DNA of 64,000 bases from Balanoglossus misakiensis. Its lineage: Eukaryota; Animalia; Hemichordata. Position 1 is the stretch's first letter; the number at the start of each line of letters is the position of its first letter. The notes under the pieces were generated by a model. It was given only the letters and a program-made list of their open reading frames with translations. It was not told the origin of the DNA and did no database searches. The position numbers and the translations under genes are program-made. The DNA lies in the NCBI GenBank assembly GCA_040954595.2, contig CM082579.2, positions 10,281,625 to 10,345,624 on the forward strand. Direction: 5' to 3'. Of this stretch, positions 25,301-63,525 are shown piece by piece.

Positions 25301-27647
25301 AACTATACTCGTATCTAATTCTAAGGCTAACCAGTATGACTAGAGAGGCATTTTTATTATGAACTTGTATTACTGTGGGATCGAATTTTTGGACCCGTTG
25401 CCATATGTCAAGGTTTTGTTGAACATGGACCAATATTGGCAATGTGGCTAATGCCCCAATCAGCTTTTGGCCTTTGGAAACTTATTCGTTGTACTTTTTG
25501 TGCATTAGATGATGTCAATGGCACAATTGTTAGGGCCAGAAGAAGCCAACGCCAGGATTCGTATGCGACAGCTGCAGATTCTATGATTGAATCTGCTGGA
25601 GAGTTTCTGACCGCTGTAAAAAAGTTATCAGCTGATGGGGGTCTTGACATCACTGTAAGAGGTGTGGAAATTGCGGCGGATGTGGACCAGACTTCAGCTG
25701 ATGGGTATGATGAATGCCCGGATGATGCCGTCCCAATAGGTGATGGATTATGTGGTAAGTGTGATGACCATCTGTATGGTATATGTTGCAGCACGGTCAC
25801 TACATTTAAAGTCATCTTTGTTTTTTTCATGTTTTCCCTGATGATATGATTAGCTAATGAGTTACAATATGTTTATATCGATGAAATTGTCAATTTCTAT
25901 TATTTTGTTATCTCTTGCCTTCACATAAAAATTATAGGAATTGTAAAAATAGATGTTTTTTTCTTCCCAGAAGTATAGTACCTGAGTGTGTGTGTTTGTT
26001 GTTGTTGTTGTTGTTTATTTTGGGGGGAGTGTAACATTGCAGGTCGTCTCTCATATTTATTCTTACATTCTTCACTCCAGTGGAATGTACAGTTGGTTCA
26101 TTCAGAACATGGCTAACCGACATACCGGATCCTGTATGCATGCCTTGTCCACAAGGCCAGTACCAAGATGAAGTGGGTCAACCTGAGTGTAAACTGTGTC
26201 CCAGCGGTAGTGTTACCGATGGCTTTGGCAATATTAACATCACAGACTGCTATGGTAAAATTCATAATTGAAAAAAAAAGTATTTTGTTGCTCATAATTT
26301 AAAGTAAATCGTGACATTTGCCCTGCTATTTTTTTAAATTCCGAAACTTTTACTTTGTACATTTAAAATGCTATTTTTTCACGGCCTTTACAGTTGGCAA
26401 TGTGCGAACAAAGAAACAAAAAAAACCATTGACTGTCTGTAAACATTTGCCTAACAGTCGGTTGTGTTGTGATAGTTATTACTTTTCAAGTATTTAAAAA
26501 ATCAGTCCTTCTAATACCTTGGCATTACTTCTGGTATTGTAATTGTTATGATATTAATTTGTAATCAAAATATGTTGTCGCATACCACATACCACAAAAG
26601 CCACCATACTTTTAATAACTGTGTATGACATAATCCCCGAATGGTACAACGTTGTTATTTATGCTTATATTAACCCAGTATTTTTGTCATCAATTTTCTT
26701 GTACCAGTACCAATGAATGACACTGGAAGAAACATCACCTATTTTCACTTGCTTAACAACTAAAAGTAACTGATAACTGACCATAGTCCATTTAAAATTA
26801 TTACGAAAGGATATTTTTGTCCCTTTCACGGAAAGCGTTACAACAATTTACATTTAATTGGTCTAGTTGTGAATCCATGAGACGTACACTTTCATGTAGT
26901 ACATATAGTTTACAATGTTAATATTCTTTCCACACCTCGAGGTGTGGGAAGAAAAGCAAGCCAGTTGTTAAATGGTAATGTTGATTATCCTCTGACAATA
27001 TACATTGTACATTTGTTACAGTTCCACCAACTGAAGTTTATACATCGACAGAATCCCCAACTATTGAAATTATAGATCGTATTCCCGAGAAAAACGATAC
27101 AAATTACATGTACATCATTGTCGGCGTTGTTGTTACTGTATCTCTTTTGGCAATAATTACAATCATATTGCTGTGTGTATTCAGGTAAGTCGGGCACCTA
27201 AATCAAATTAGATCATTACCGTTAAGGAAACAATGACATAGAAATGTTCACATCCATATAATTCATCTGTGTATAAGCAACAATGCAAATGTGTTAGACA
27301 TGCACTGTTAGAAATATTTATGCAATTTTTTTGTTTGAAAGGCGTTTATTTCTATAATAGCGTCTCAATAGTGGATATTGACCGCTTGTGATGTACATCA
27401 ATTTGCCTCTTGCATCGATATCCATACCAGTATATTGAGCAAGTCCATCACACTACATTATAGGTCTAGGATTTGCCCAAAGAAGACCGTGGAACATTTA
27501 CCAGATGAGAAGCCATTACACAGCCCTTCACTGGTAGAGAAAATGCCATCTAGTCGCGCCGTGTCCCCTGGTGTCATCTCTGCTTTCGGTGTGGAGATGG
27601 AACTGGATGAAGTAGTAGATGTTTCAAAGATAGCAAAAGACACCTAG
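4113..27647 (+). CDS. Multi-exon gene (31 exons in window, 5' end upstream): SVEP1/Uninflatable-like single-pass membrane protein with sushi, HYR, ephrin-receptor-like, 23 EGF, pentraxin/LamG and TSP1 domains
   Basis: All exons have AG/GT boundaries with compatible phases. The summed length of 7232 nt gives about 2410 codons ending at TAG 27645-27647. Domain Cys patterns are recognisable in translation. Confidence 0.9.
4456..4698 (+). CDS. Exon: HYR domain
   Basis: [13 protein letters not shown]...W...AEDNDG...[15 protein letters not shown]; cag|...g|gtaag. Confidence 0.85.
5160..5348 (+). CDS. Exon: sushi domain
   Basis: [11 protein letters not shown]...[17 protein letters not shown]...W...PTCE. 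Confidence 0.85.
5764..5973 (+). CDS. Exon: sushi domain
   Basis: ECEPL...[16 protein letters not shown]...TCQDSGTWD...SC. Confidence 0.85.
6344..6847 (+). mobile_element. Kolobok-like MITE, copy 1
   Basis: TTAA TSD on both sides; TIRs AGGCACGTAAGCTG / CAGCTTATGTGCCT; near-identical inverted copy at 47491-47995. Confidence 0.9.
8028..8276 (+). CDS. Exon: HYR domain
   Basis: [11 protein letters not shown]...[11 protein letters not shown]...[15 protein letters not shown]. Confidence 0.85.
8653..8901 (+). CDS. Exon: HYR domain
   Basis: [11 protein letters not shown]...[10 protein letters not shown]...YIAT...SCTFYI. Confidence 0.85.
9079..9279 (+). CDS. Exon: sushi domain
   Basis: [15 protein letters not shown]...CTLFCNSEY...YVCGSSGNW...PDCS. 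Confidence 0.85.
9542..10084 (+). CDS. Exon: Cys-containing linker with RRKR furin site
   Basis: 543-nt phase 1-1 open exon containing CARRKRDT and ending ...CDDGF...YVC. Confidence 0.85.
10687..10848 (+). CDS. Exon: ephrin-receptor-like (GCC2/GCC3) Cys repeat 1
   Basis: CTTGQF...[27 protein letters not shown]; 162 nt; absent from the ORF track. Confidence 0.85.
11133..11294 (+). CDS. Exon: ephrin-receptor-like Cys repeat 2
   Basis: [23 protein letters not shown]...GQTSCVACP; 162 nt. Confidence 0.85.
11651..11812 (+). CDS. Exon: ephrin-receptor-like Cys repeat 3
   Basis: [34 protein letters not shown]; 162 nt. Confidence 0.85.
12672..12731 (+). repeat. (TAACCC)n interstitial telomere-like tract inside the Harbinger-like element
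   Basis: About 9 imperfect TAACCC units. Confidence 0.9.
13102..13536. mobile_element. Nested non-autonomous DNA transposon with TAG...CTA ends (Academ- or hAT-like)
   Basis: TIR TAGCCCGGAGACACAGGCGT / ACGCCTGTGTCTCCGGGCTA; flanks gatattgtg / aatattgtg (8-9 bp TSD). Confidence 0.8.
13791..14000 (+). CDS. Exon: EGF repeats 1-2
   Basis: [15 protein letters not shown]..., [15 protein letters not shown]... Confidence 0.9.
14196..14876 (+). CDS. Exon: EGF repeats 3-8
   Basis: Tandem calcium-binding-type EGF motifs within ORF 14183..14884. Confidence 0.9.
15221..15451 (+). CDS. Exon: EGF repeats 9-10
   Basis: [15 protein letters not shown]..., [15 protein letters not shown]...; absent from the ORF track. 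Confidence 0.85.
15728..16136. mobile_element. Foldback/MITE-like element with perfect 145-bp inverted arms
   Basis: 15728-15872 is the reverse complement of 15992-16136; 119-bp spacer; TA at both outer ends. Confidence 0.9.
16158..16311 (+). CDS. Exon: EGF repeat 11 and start of 12
   Basis: [15 protein letters not shown]...; phase-2 donor ac|gtaagt. Confidence 0.85.
16461..16662. repeat. (GAAT)n/(GGAT)n microsatellite
   Basis: Long atga/gaat run with ggat and inverted tcat interruptions. Confidence 0.95.
16722..17442 (+). CDS. Exon: EGF repeats 12-18
   Basis: EGF array within ORF 16657..17451. Confidence 0.9.
17728..17872 (+). CDS. Exon: EGF repeats 18-19
   Basis: [32 protein letters not shown]. 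Confidence 0.85.
18208..18328 (+). CDS. Exon: EGF repeat 20
   Basis: [30 protein letters not shown]. Confidence 0.85.
19022..19155 (+). CDS. Exon: EGF repeat 21
   Basis: [35 protein letters not shown]. Confidence 0.85.
19602..19821 (+). CDS. Exon: pentraxin/LamG-like domain, part 1
   Basis: DYDFKF...[11 protein letters not shown]. Confidence 0.8.
20129..20316 (+). CDS. Exon: pentraxin/LamG-like domain, part 2
   Basis: [17 protein letters not shown]...KDG. Confidence 0.8.
20800..20982 (+). CDS. Exon: pentraxin/LamG-like domain, part 3
   Basis: [12 protein letters not shown]...SC...GNVFTW. Confidence 0.8.
21514..21747 (+). CDS. Exon: EGF repeats 22-23
   Basis: [15 protein letters not shown]..., [15 protein letters not shown]... 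Confidence 0.85.
22248..22300 (+). pseudogene. Truncated duplicate of the 5' part of the TSP1 exon
   Basis: After tag| it encodes [17 protein letters not shown] like 22427-22479, with synonymous differences, then runs into ISI-stop. Confidence 0.7.
22427..22597 (+). CDS. Exon: thrombospondin type-1 (TSP1) repeat
   Basis: [42 protein letters not shown]...C...CP; absent from the ORF track. Confidence 0.9.
23332..23538 (+). CDS. Exon: sushi-like domain
   Basis: [14 protein letters not shown]...[11 protein letters not shown]...YNC...W...PSC. Confidence 0.85.
24024..24199 (+). CDS. Exon: second linker, part 1
   Basis: Strong pyrimidine tract plus cag; ...YPTFPC...[13 protein letters not shown]|gtatgc. 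Confidence 0.75.
24481..24598 (+). CDS. Exon: second linker, part 2, with RRRR site
   Basis: [33 protein letters not shown]...; phase 0-1 fits its neighbours. Confidence 0.8.
25509..25754 (+). CDS. Exon: second linker, part 3, with RARR site
   Basis: ...[10 protein letters not shown]...GGLDITVRG...CPDDAV..GDGLC. Confidence 0.8.
26081..26254 (+). CDS. Exon: ephrin-receptor-like Cys repeat 4
   Basis: CTVGSF...[24 protein letters not shown]. Confidence 0.85.
27022..27184 (+). CDS. Exon: Thr/Pro-rich stalk and transmembrane helix
   Basis: [26 protein letters not shown] followed by R; ag|gtaagt. Confidence 0.85.
27464..27647 (+). CDS. Last coding exon: cytoplasmic tail of about 60 aa
   Basis: tag|g tct agg: SRICPKK...SKIAKDT-stop; phase 2 matches the previous exon. 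Confidence 0.8.
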
Positions 27648-28557
27648 ATGACTACAAGTAACACAATTTACAACTTTACGGGGGTACCACCGTTTGAGAA
27701 TAAATTACTGTATTTTGGAAAAGGATTTATATAAAGGGGTTTTGAGCATTGCGATGAATACCATATAAATTAACAAGCTTGATTTCAGCTATGTTGCAGG
27801 ACTAGGCCTGTTATTGAAGTAGTCATTCTGGTTTTTTTTTCTGTTGCAAAATAATTTCAGGTCGTAGAGTGTCTTATACTTGATGTAGACATGACAACAT
27901 CTTATCGTGCTGTCGTATAGTGGTACATGTATGTGATTTCTGTATATATCCTGTGTTTTTGACTATAAGTGTTAATATTTTATATGACACTTGTCATTTT
28001 TTATTATTAGACATTGTGATGCATTTATACAAGGAAGCGGCTAACTTTTGAACTGTCATGACTATAACACACAGGTCAATTCTAACAATAATGAACAATT
28101 ATTTAGAAATATGCCCACAAGATACATGCCAGATAGTTGAGTTGTAATTGTGGCTACAGAGATATGTTAATTGTAATTTGATTGTATCTGCATATTAAGT
28201 TTTTTATTTCCGTTTTTGTCACATTAAATGTTCTTTGCGTTTATGTATTTGTGTTGTATATGCAGTCTGAAATTGAATATTCTTTCACATTGTTTAATTT
28301 TGAGGCGAGACTCGCCTTAAGTTTACACTTTAACAACATGTACATGTATCTTTAGTACAGTTTTCTTTTTATTTACACAAGTGCGCCTTGATGTCAACAA
28401 TATCAGTTAAATATTTTAGACAACCACCGATTAATATTGTTGACTTATTTGACACCGTCCATATTTGTGTTACTTTAGTGTTATTTTATCTTTTTATCAA
28501 ATCAGATTGTAACACTGTCACATTTTAACTATCGTTTGGATGTAATTTACTTCTGTA

Positions 28558-28563
28558 AATAAA
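28558..28563 (+). promoter_or_regulatory. Candidate polyadenylation signal of the EGF/sushi gene
   Basis: AATAAA followed by T/GT-rich sequence; other candidates lie near 27698 and 28223. Confidence 0.4.
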
Positions 28564-29111
28564 TATGTATTGTCTATTAACTTTGTATTGTATTTTCTTT
28601 CATTACACATGTTACTAGACGAATATTTCCATTGTTTTGTCTAGATATTTACCATTGAAGAATGCATGAACAAAAACAAAATGCAGCCACATCAGTCTCT
28701 GTAATTCATCGCCATAAAATTTACCAAAAAGATTATTTTTCTTCAAAACAATAAATTTGTGTTCCACTATGTTTATCATCTGCAACTTTTTGTGCTGTTG
28801 TTGCACAATATTTATGTTCGACTTGAATTGAAATCATTTCGTAGAACAACAACACAAACAAACACAACAACACTAACAACAACAACATAGGTGGCTGTCA
28901 TTCACAGGTGATGTTGACTAACATTAGTTTTTTGACAAGCAAGCTCTCCCCCGAACTACTCGCTTATGCTAGTCTGAAATGGTGCATAGATGGATGGGGA
29001 TAACCAAGAAATATATCTCAATGGACAGGGCCACACATCTTAGAGATCAGAATGTTAAAAGCTTTAACTTAGAAAAAACAAACACACATGGTAAACTTTT
29101 TTATGTGGAAC

Positions 29112-29117
29112 TTTATT
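29112..29117 (-). promoter_or_regulatory. Candidate distal polyadenylation signal of STIM (3'UTR about 4.2 kb)
   Basis: AATAAA on the - strand with GT-rich downstream sequence (CA-rich on + at about 29075-29090 and 28845-28890). Confidence 0.45.
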
Positions 29118-32100
29118 TGAGCTGGAATTCACATAATAGTTTGTACAAGGCTTGGGAAACAAAATCAAATATTACATCACTTAGAAATCCCAACTCTGAG
29201 TGTGCAGCCCGTATCGATTGGATGCCTTATTCCACATTTGCATACCTGTCACGTCAGTTAACACTTCAATTTATTTTGTTTGGAATTCAGCTCAATTATC
29301 ACCACATTTTGATGACTGTAAATCATTTTTCAGTTTGATGTGAATTTGCACAATTTTCAGTGCAGATGTTTCATCTACACAAATCAGGGCAAATAATAAC
29401 ATCTTCATCAAGAAAAGGAATACACAGAAATGTCACTTCCAAGAATACTGCAAATTATCTTTACCACTGTGAGTAGCTCTTTTGATATTTTTCTCCCAGT
29501 AACCTTGGTTTTACTGGATTGAGTTCTCTGAAGGTCGTGCATATTTCACCACATTACATACAACCAATCACAGATGATTGCACACTACGAGTAATGTAAA
29601 TATTGTTATGCGAAATACTCCAAAGATAGCCATTCATGGTGAGCTGTCCTATAGGACCATAGAAATATCTAATACATCAATATCATATATGTGAAATTCA
29701 CATTAAACTTTGTGATACACACTAAAGTAACTTTAACAATGAAGATTGCTTTCTTGACAAATAAACGGTTTATAATCAAAACAAAACTTTTACCAGCAAA
29801 TAAAAAAAATTCTCTGACGCAAAATAGATACTTTCAAACTGGCAACACTTGACTTCAACAAAGAACAATAAACACGACACGGAGTACGCAACAAACATCA
29901 AACCACTACTGAAAGAAAAAAAAAAGTACTAGTAAAATACAGACAATATAACAAGGTCACATTATTCTTACGGTATAAACAAAAGCCAATCTCCTGGCAT
30001 TCCAACTAGTATTATCTGACATATAAATCCTAAAACAATAAACGACTGCTGAAAATCTATTTGGTATTTTCAAATTCAAAATTAACAACCAGGACTTTTA
30101 TTGCTGGAGCAACAGAAATTAAATGATAAATCAAAAAAATAAAAATAAATAACATCGAATTACACATCACATTGTGAAAAAAATCAATGTTCATTTCACA
30201 GTTTTGATAAATTTCAAAATAAGACCCTGTGCTGAACATATGATTATTTGATTGTTTACAATTAACGTCAAAAATTCAATTAATTTTCAAGATATAAAGG
30301 TCATATCTAATATCACTGCCAGTTGAACACAGCAATAGTCTATGTGTTTGCTGACGTACATGTAACCCAAACAACTGTATGGGTAATTTCACTTTGAACA
30401 CACTGAAATAAACATTCAAATGGCATCAGTGTTTTGCAAAAACTATTAAAACTTGTCCCTCTCAAGTCCAAATCCAAGATGACTTAGAACGATGGTGGCA
30501 ACCTAATAAAGGCATATATTGCTTGATGTAAGCACTCTTACAGAAACAAATACACCTTGTTCCTCTAGCACACACAATTTTATGAGGACACAAAATATCA
30601 GTTGTGCGAGCCAGTTTCTGAACAGAATCTTTTCTGTTTGCACTGTAGTCAAATGAACTCGGGTGTCCATATTTGAATGTTTTGCACTCCTACCAATCTT
30701 GAAGACAGAAAGAGACACCCATGATATAAGTTCACATTAATTAATACACAATACACCAAACTTCACATTTCACTGAAACTCAAAATTACCACAAATTAAT
30801 CTGCAACATTTACACGTACACAGAGCAATACATTGCATATTGTAATAATTAAACACTTTTGTGTGTTCATAATGGTGCATTTGAAAGTATGTCTGTGGCA
30901 CCACCTGACCTCATGCTTTACCTCAAAGCACCTGCTGCAGTCAAAACTTTCTATGGTTTAAAACCCTTTCACCACCATGGTTCATTCCAAACCCATTGTT
31001 TTCTATGGTTAGGTTGGACCTCTAAAGAGGGAGCTGGGGATGAAAGGGTAAAAACAAAACTTCTCAAATACACTGGGAATGTTTTTTTAAGTGTGGTACC
31101 ATAGACCATTTTAAGTTTTAAAATAAAATCATGAAAATAATGCAAAGGTGGCAGCTACTGGGGCTACGTGCGGATACCTGGTAGACATGAACCAATTACA
31201 TTAAGTGTACATGTCAGTCTAAATACCCTGGGTTGGTCAAGGCAGGCTGAAACTCGTCATCGTGTTTCTTTGAAAGAGTTATGCATAGAGAATAGAATAG
31301 CGGTATCTGAAATTCAGATGAGCTAAATTGCTGTCGAATAGGCATGAAAGAACAGAAGATCCCTGAAAACCCTATATTTGAAAATTACCTCTCCAGTATA
31401 TCAAACTGTACCTAACTGCAGGCACATCAACGTTTTGAAGTCTATATCCTCTCTAGCTACAGTTTTAACAGGATTATCCACTATTGTTGGTGTAAGGGAT
31501 ATTCAAGGGAACCTTCAAAGGGTGTATTTCCTGACGAATTGATTGTTAATTAATTCCAGTATGCAAATATATGTCATTACTTTGTTATTTTACAAGGATT
31601 TTAATTTGCCAATGTGTAATGTTTTTTATGCAATGAACTGTCATGGGTTGGGTGTACTCATGTTCGATGGCTAAGATGAGATGATGTCTGCATACAGTGG
31701 CTACATGCAAGTCATTTGATTTTATCAAAACTGATAAGATTATATCCATGTGATCTCCAGAGTATTCATCTGGAATAGCAAAGAGAATATCCCAGAATGT
31801 ATATGGTAGCTGTGCTGTGATACAAAATTTCAGCGAGCTAGAGTGAAATTTAGGGTTCAAAATATGCCTGTTTTATCCCCATTCACACGTCTTTCTAAAC
31901 CTGTGAGTCAAGTTTAAACCATGTTAAAAATTAATGTACAGATATTTTCTTACATGCTTACGTGTACATTTACATAAGCCCCCTGTTACATGAACATGGC
32001 AAGTCCCTAGTATTGCTGTAACATATATGAAAACACCAGAGTTTTGGCATTTAACAATCAGATTTGTGATTGGCAGTCCTAGTGTCTCACAGATTGAAAC

Positions 32101-33292
32101 AGATAAGCACATTATTCACACACACAAAACCCTGAGCCTGCTTGTTTCCATAACAGGAAATACTGTACAATGTATATTTCTTGGCTACATCCTTCTGCTG
32201 ATTTGGTTAGTCACTCTCCTAAACAACAGCATGACAAGACAATTACCCAGAAAAAATTAAAAAGCATATTTTGAGAGAAGTTTTTTAGGCAATCCGATTT
32301 AAGTCAGATGATGTTATCTGCTTGTTAGCTCCCTAAATGCCTAATGTACAACTTTCTCACAAAAAGAGGTGAGCACTACAAAGGTAGAAGAACATATCAT
32401 TGCATCTGACTTAATAATCAGATACATAGTTGAAGCTGCATAGAACTAAGAAGAAATGATGCATTTATAAATATATTGCCTATCGTCATCATATGTCACC
32501 ATGGTAACAAACCGATACAGAAGAATACTGTCCTTGTCGTGATAAATGTAAATATCAGACTTTGGTAGATATGTGTAAATAGAGCGAACTCTCAAGATAT
32601 AAAAAGTTGTTTTTTTGTTTTAAATCTGGTAATAAGTTAGAGGTATAGAGGAAAGAGAACTGAATACAGTAAACATGACCACCAGATGGGAAAAGAATTA
32701 TTACATCAATTACTGAGAAGAACTTCTGCAGAAGATACTGAAGATTTCGGATGTGAAACATTTCTTTCTGACTTGTTTGATAGCTGTCTCTAGTAGAAAA
32801 TACTGCTAGAGAAATTACAATATTTGTGGTAGTGGGCAAAAATTCAATTACATTCAAAACCAACGATTCACAGGATGGCAAGGGAAAGGGAGTGGGGTAG
32901 TAGTTGGGTCAGTCCCCCATAAGCTGGCATTCTAAAGTATCTTATCATACCCATCAAACTTAAAAATAACACGCTCTTTTTTAAAGGTAGTTTGAGAGGC
33001 CCTCCTCAGACACCTTAGAGCAACAGACATTTTCTCTATGGCAGTTTTAAATAATGATGGCCACATGTATAAATGTATATCCTGAGCAAGAGATGCAAAA
33101 GCCAACAACATATACAATTAAGATCTTGTTAAAACTTATCTCATTTGAAAATAGATGATTCTACATGATCGGTTTGTGTGTGTCAACATGTAATCAGGAG
33201 TGACTATTCATACATGTAAGTATCCTGCTCAGCAAGACAGAACAATCTTGGCATAAATCTTATTTTGTCTGATTCGAAACAATTTCTTCTTT

Positions 33293-60138
<26,846 letters not shown>

Positions 60139-60199
60139 CTGTAAAAGAAAACATCAACAAGTTTTAGGAATGATCATTACACAGATAAATAGCAAAACT

Positions 60200-60566
60200 T
60201 TAAAGGTAAATGTATATGCACATTTAACCAGTTACCATAGAAAATTCAAGCCAATCACAGATTTTCAGTGGGTCGCATACACAACAAAGTGCGCCACCAT
60301 ATGGTCATGTAAACACCCTTTTGACCACACCAGTATGGGATAGCTGACCAAAGCAGCTGATACAGGGGGTATGTGTAAAGACAATGACTTCAATTGTCAA
60401 CAATAACAATGGCTGTTACAATTGCATACGTCCAGGCTGTGTTGAGACTACTGTACTAAGAATGTTATCATATAGGGAGTACAACAAAAAAACAGTGCTT
60501 TATACTATTATAGACAAATGAAAAATAATGCAAAAACTGGGGCAGTTACAGGTTATGCCCCTTTAA
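60200..60566. mobile_element. Degenerate Kolobok-like element; related fragment at about 49530-49690
   Basis: ttaaagg... to ...agttacaggttatgcccctttaa; shares agttaccat..aaattca..ccaat..agattttcagtgggt..gcgccaccatatg with 49533-49612. Confidence 0.5.
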
Positions 60567-62028
60567 AGTCTAAGATATTGTTTTCGCGACTAAAGTTAAA
60601 TCAAGGGTCTCAGCAAACAATGCATAGACGCAGACTGACTGGAATAAGAAAGGGTTTATAACCATGTTGTCTAGGTGGGTGGGTGACAAGGTCAAATATG
60701 CAGATCAACTATTGAACAACAATTTCATGCATGCATTCACCCCTATAAATTGGCCGACTGTTCAGACCACACTTTACGAGCAACATTGTTAACTCTCAAT
60801 GTGAGCAATTTGCTCGGGGTTTGCTGAAACCATTATATGTAAATTGTTTGAGTGTCTGGCACTACATGTACAGGCCTTGGTAGGGAATCAATGTAACGCT
60901 TGAGGTAGTGGGGATTTTGAATTGAACTCACTAATCTTTGCCAGCGGATTAGTATCAATTTCTCTTACTTTTTCTGAGAATTGATGGGGGGGGGGGGTTC
61001 TTAACAATTGCAAATTTTAATCTTAACAAGTCTGTACATGCTGTTGTTGAGGCTAGACATCCCAGTTCTTACAAATCATGTGGATAATGGAATTAAAAAG
61101 TACAAAGTTGCGAAATTGCTGTTTTATAAAATGACTAACCGGTACATACATAGATATAGGTATATTTCAACCAGTGACTAGCTAACAAACTTCAGTCAGG
61201 TTTGTTTTGTAAGATTCTCAGAAACTCACAAATTAAATAGTGTACCTGTCATTGTGTCAACATTCTGTTTGACTTTGAAAGCAAAATCTAACGTGACTAG
61301 CGTACTGATGCAAAATGCAGCAGTTTATAGGCATCATTCCACTGTATACTGGTTTACATGTGCATGTAAGTACTAGGGTATGTACATGTACTGTTGAAAA
61401 GACCTGAATGGTAGCTAGGCTATCCTTTTCGCTTTGTGAGGCATTTGGAAACCAACCACAAGGAGGTACATGCAGAGGTGACTAACTTCTAAAATCATCT
61501 TGCAGTAAGTAGAAGTATCACCTCAATCATATAACCAGTAACAAAAATATCTGGTTCTCTCATATATATTTTTCTTATAAAATAATTATGTAAGTGTAAT
61601 GTACGTAACATGTATTGTAATTGTATTGTATTGTATTATATTTCATTGGCCTGTTTGTATTGTAGCCCAATTATTATAGATTTGCCAATAAATTATACAT
61701 GCATACATGTAATATCTACATGATGCAGAGTCAGATGTTCCATTAACATTACAAATGATTGAGTCAACAGCATGATGACATTGCTTGAAGTCACATATGA
61801 CAAATACATACATGTACTGCTACTAGTACAAACTACGTGTATAGAGTACAGGTACGATAAAAACCAAACTGTCCCTGTTAGAGCTTAATCAAGAACCTTT
61901 GAAGTATTGGTCAAATGCTTTCCTACAGAGCATGGCTCTAAGTAGTACTTCCAGTGTGCAGGATTGTTAGTGATACAATGTATATGAATTCATGAATTCA
62001 AATTCTTGTATGATATTTAGCGTATTTA

Positions 62029-62239
62029 CTGTAAAGCACTTTATTTTTGCGAGCAATAAATTTTCGCGAAATACGCGAGAGCCAAAATAGCGTGAAAATA
62101 AAAAGTCGCGTAATTTTTTGTGTGTGCTGATAACGATGCAGTAAATGAAATAGGAGAAGGCGAAAATAAATACTCGCAAAACAGTGGCCTCTCTCGATGT
62201 CGCGAAAATTTCAACTCGCGAAAATAAAGTGTTTTACAG
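62029..62239 (-). mobile_element. CGCG-rich MITE, copy E
   Basis: Same family in opposite orientation. Confidence 0.9.
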
Positions 62240-63332
62240 TTTTTGTAGGCAAGGTTGTACCATTTACAGGTATTTCTTTTCTCCATACAAGCAATTGTGT
62301 TAAAACTGCACTGTAATAATTGATCAGAATTGCTGGATGTATGAAAACAGCAAATTGGGCTAATTAATTGTATTCCAACCCCAAATGACCAACATTGCAG
62401 TGAATAGTCTGACAGCTGGAGATGTTCTAAATTTACCGAGTTATCAGAAATACCGTACATGTATATCCATTCCCTACCAGCACCCAAGTCTTCAGTGTCT
62501 ACAGAAATAACAAAATGCTTACATGACAATATAGGTTAGTCTTCCTTTTGTATAGTGACAGCATAATTGATATTTTTGATGTGTGTTTGGTGAGCTCCCT
62601 CTTGAACCCTTTCATATACTACAGCAAGTTCAACAAATTTGACCCCCTAGCACAAAGTAAAAACCTATTTAAGGCAGCCAGAATTATGGGATATTGAATC
62701 ATATTGTGACTCAAAAGACAAACGAACTTCGATGAACACTGTCCTTGTATTAACTTTGAATAAAGTTCAGCTCAGGTACATGTGTGTACAATTCATGATT
62801 TCACTTGTTATCTTCAAATCAGTGTCTAGACAAAAAATAATACTGTAAACAAAACAAATAATTTATAGTGTAGTCAGACCACACTGCATAATAACAAATA
62901 AAATCAACAGGACTGATATTGTGCAGTCTTAAGCTCTTATTTTTGAATGGAACTCAATGAGGCAGATGGCCTAACATATGGACCAAGACTGCACTGAATG
63001 GCACCATTCGATCATAAAACCTTTTCTGGCCAATGTGGATTTCGTACCAGGTAAACTGTCCATTTAATTGACAGGTGATAATTATAAAGGACTACATGTA
63101 TGACCGAACAGATGTTTGTATACTCAGTATAACCTGGTTGACCTATGTTCCGGTATACAGGGTCACTGGCTGTACAGTATAACAATGATGTACATCACTA
63201 TATCGTTAATGTCCATCTACACACACATACATGTATGCACTATTCTCTTCTACTCAGTAAGGGATTTCATAACTGACAGGTCACTATCTCTAACTTTGGT
63301 ATATTTTCAGTGATTTTGTTGTGTTTCATCTA

Positions 63333-63525
63333 CTGTAAAACACTTTATTTTCGCGAGTTGAAATTTTCGCGATACCGAGAGAGGCCATTGTTTCGCGAGT
63401 ATTAATTTTCGCGTTCTCTTATTTCATTCACTGCATCGTTATCTTCAAAAAATAATCACGCGACTTTTTATTTTTACGCTATTTTGGCTCTCGCGTATTC
63501 CTCGCAAAAATAAAGTGTTTTACAG
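63333..63525 (+). mobile_element. CGCG-rich MITE, copy F (small internal deletion)
   Basis: Same TIRs and TA flanks. Confidence 0.9.

Noticed and set aside
26708-26763. Possible alternative terminal exon ([18 protein letters not shown]) before the TM exon
   Set aside because: The acceptor is plausible, but there is no homology or other support and it is too short to distinguish from chance.
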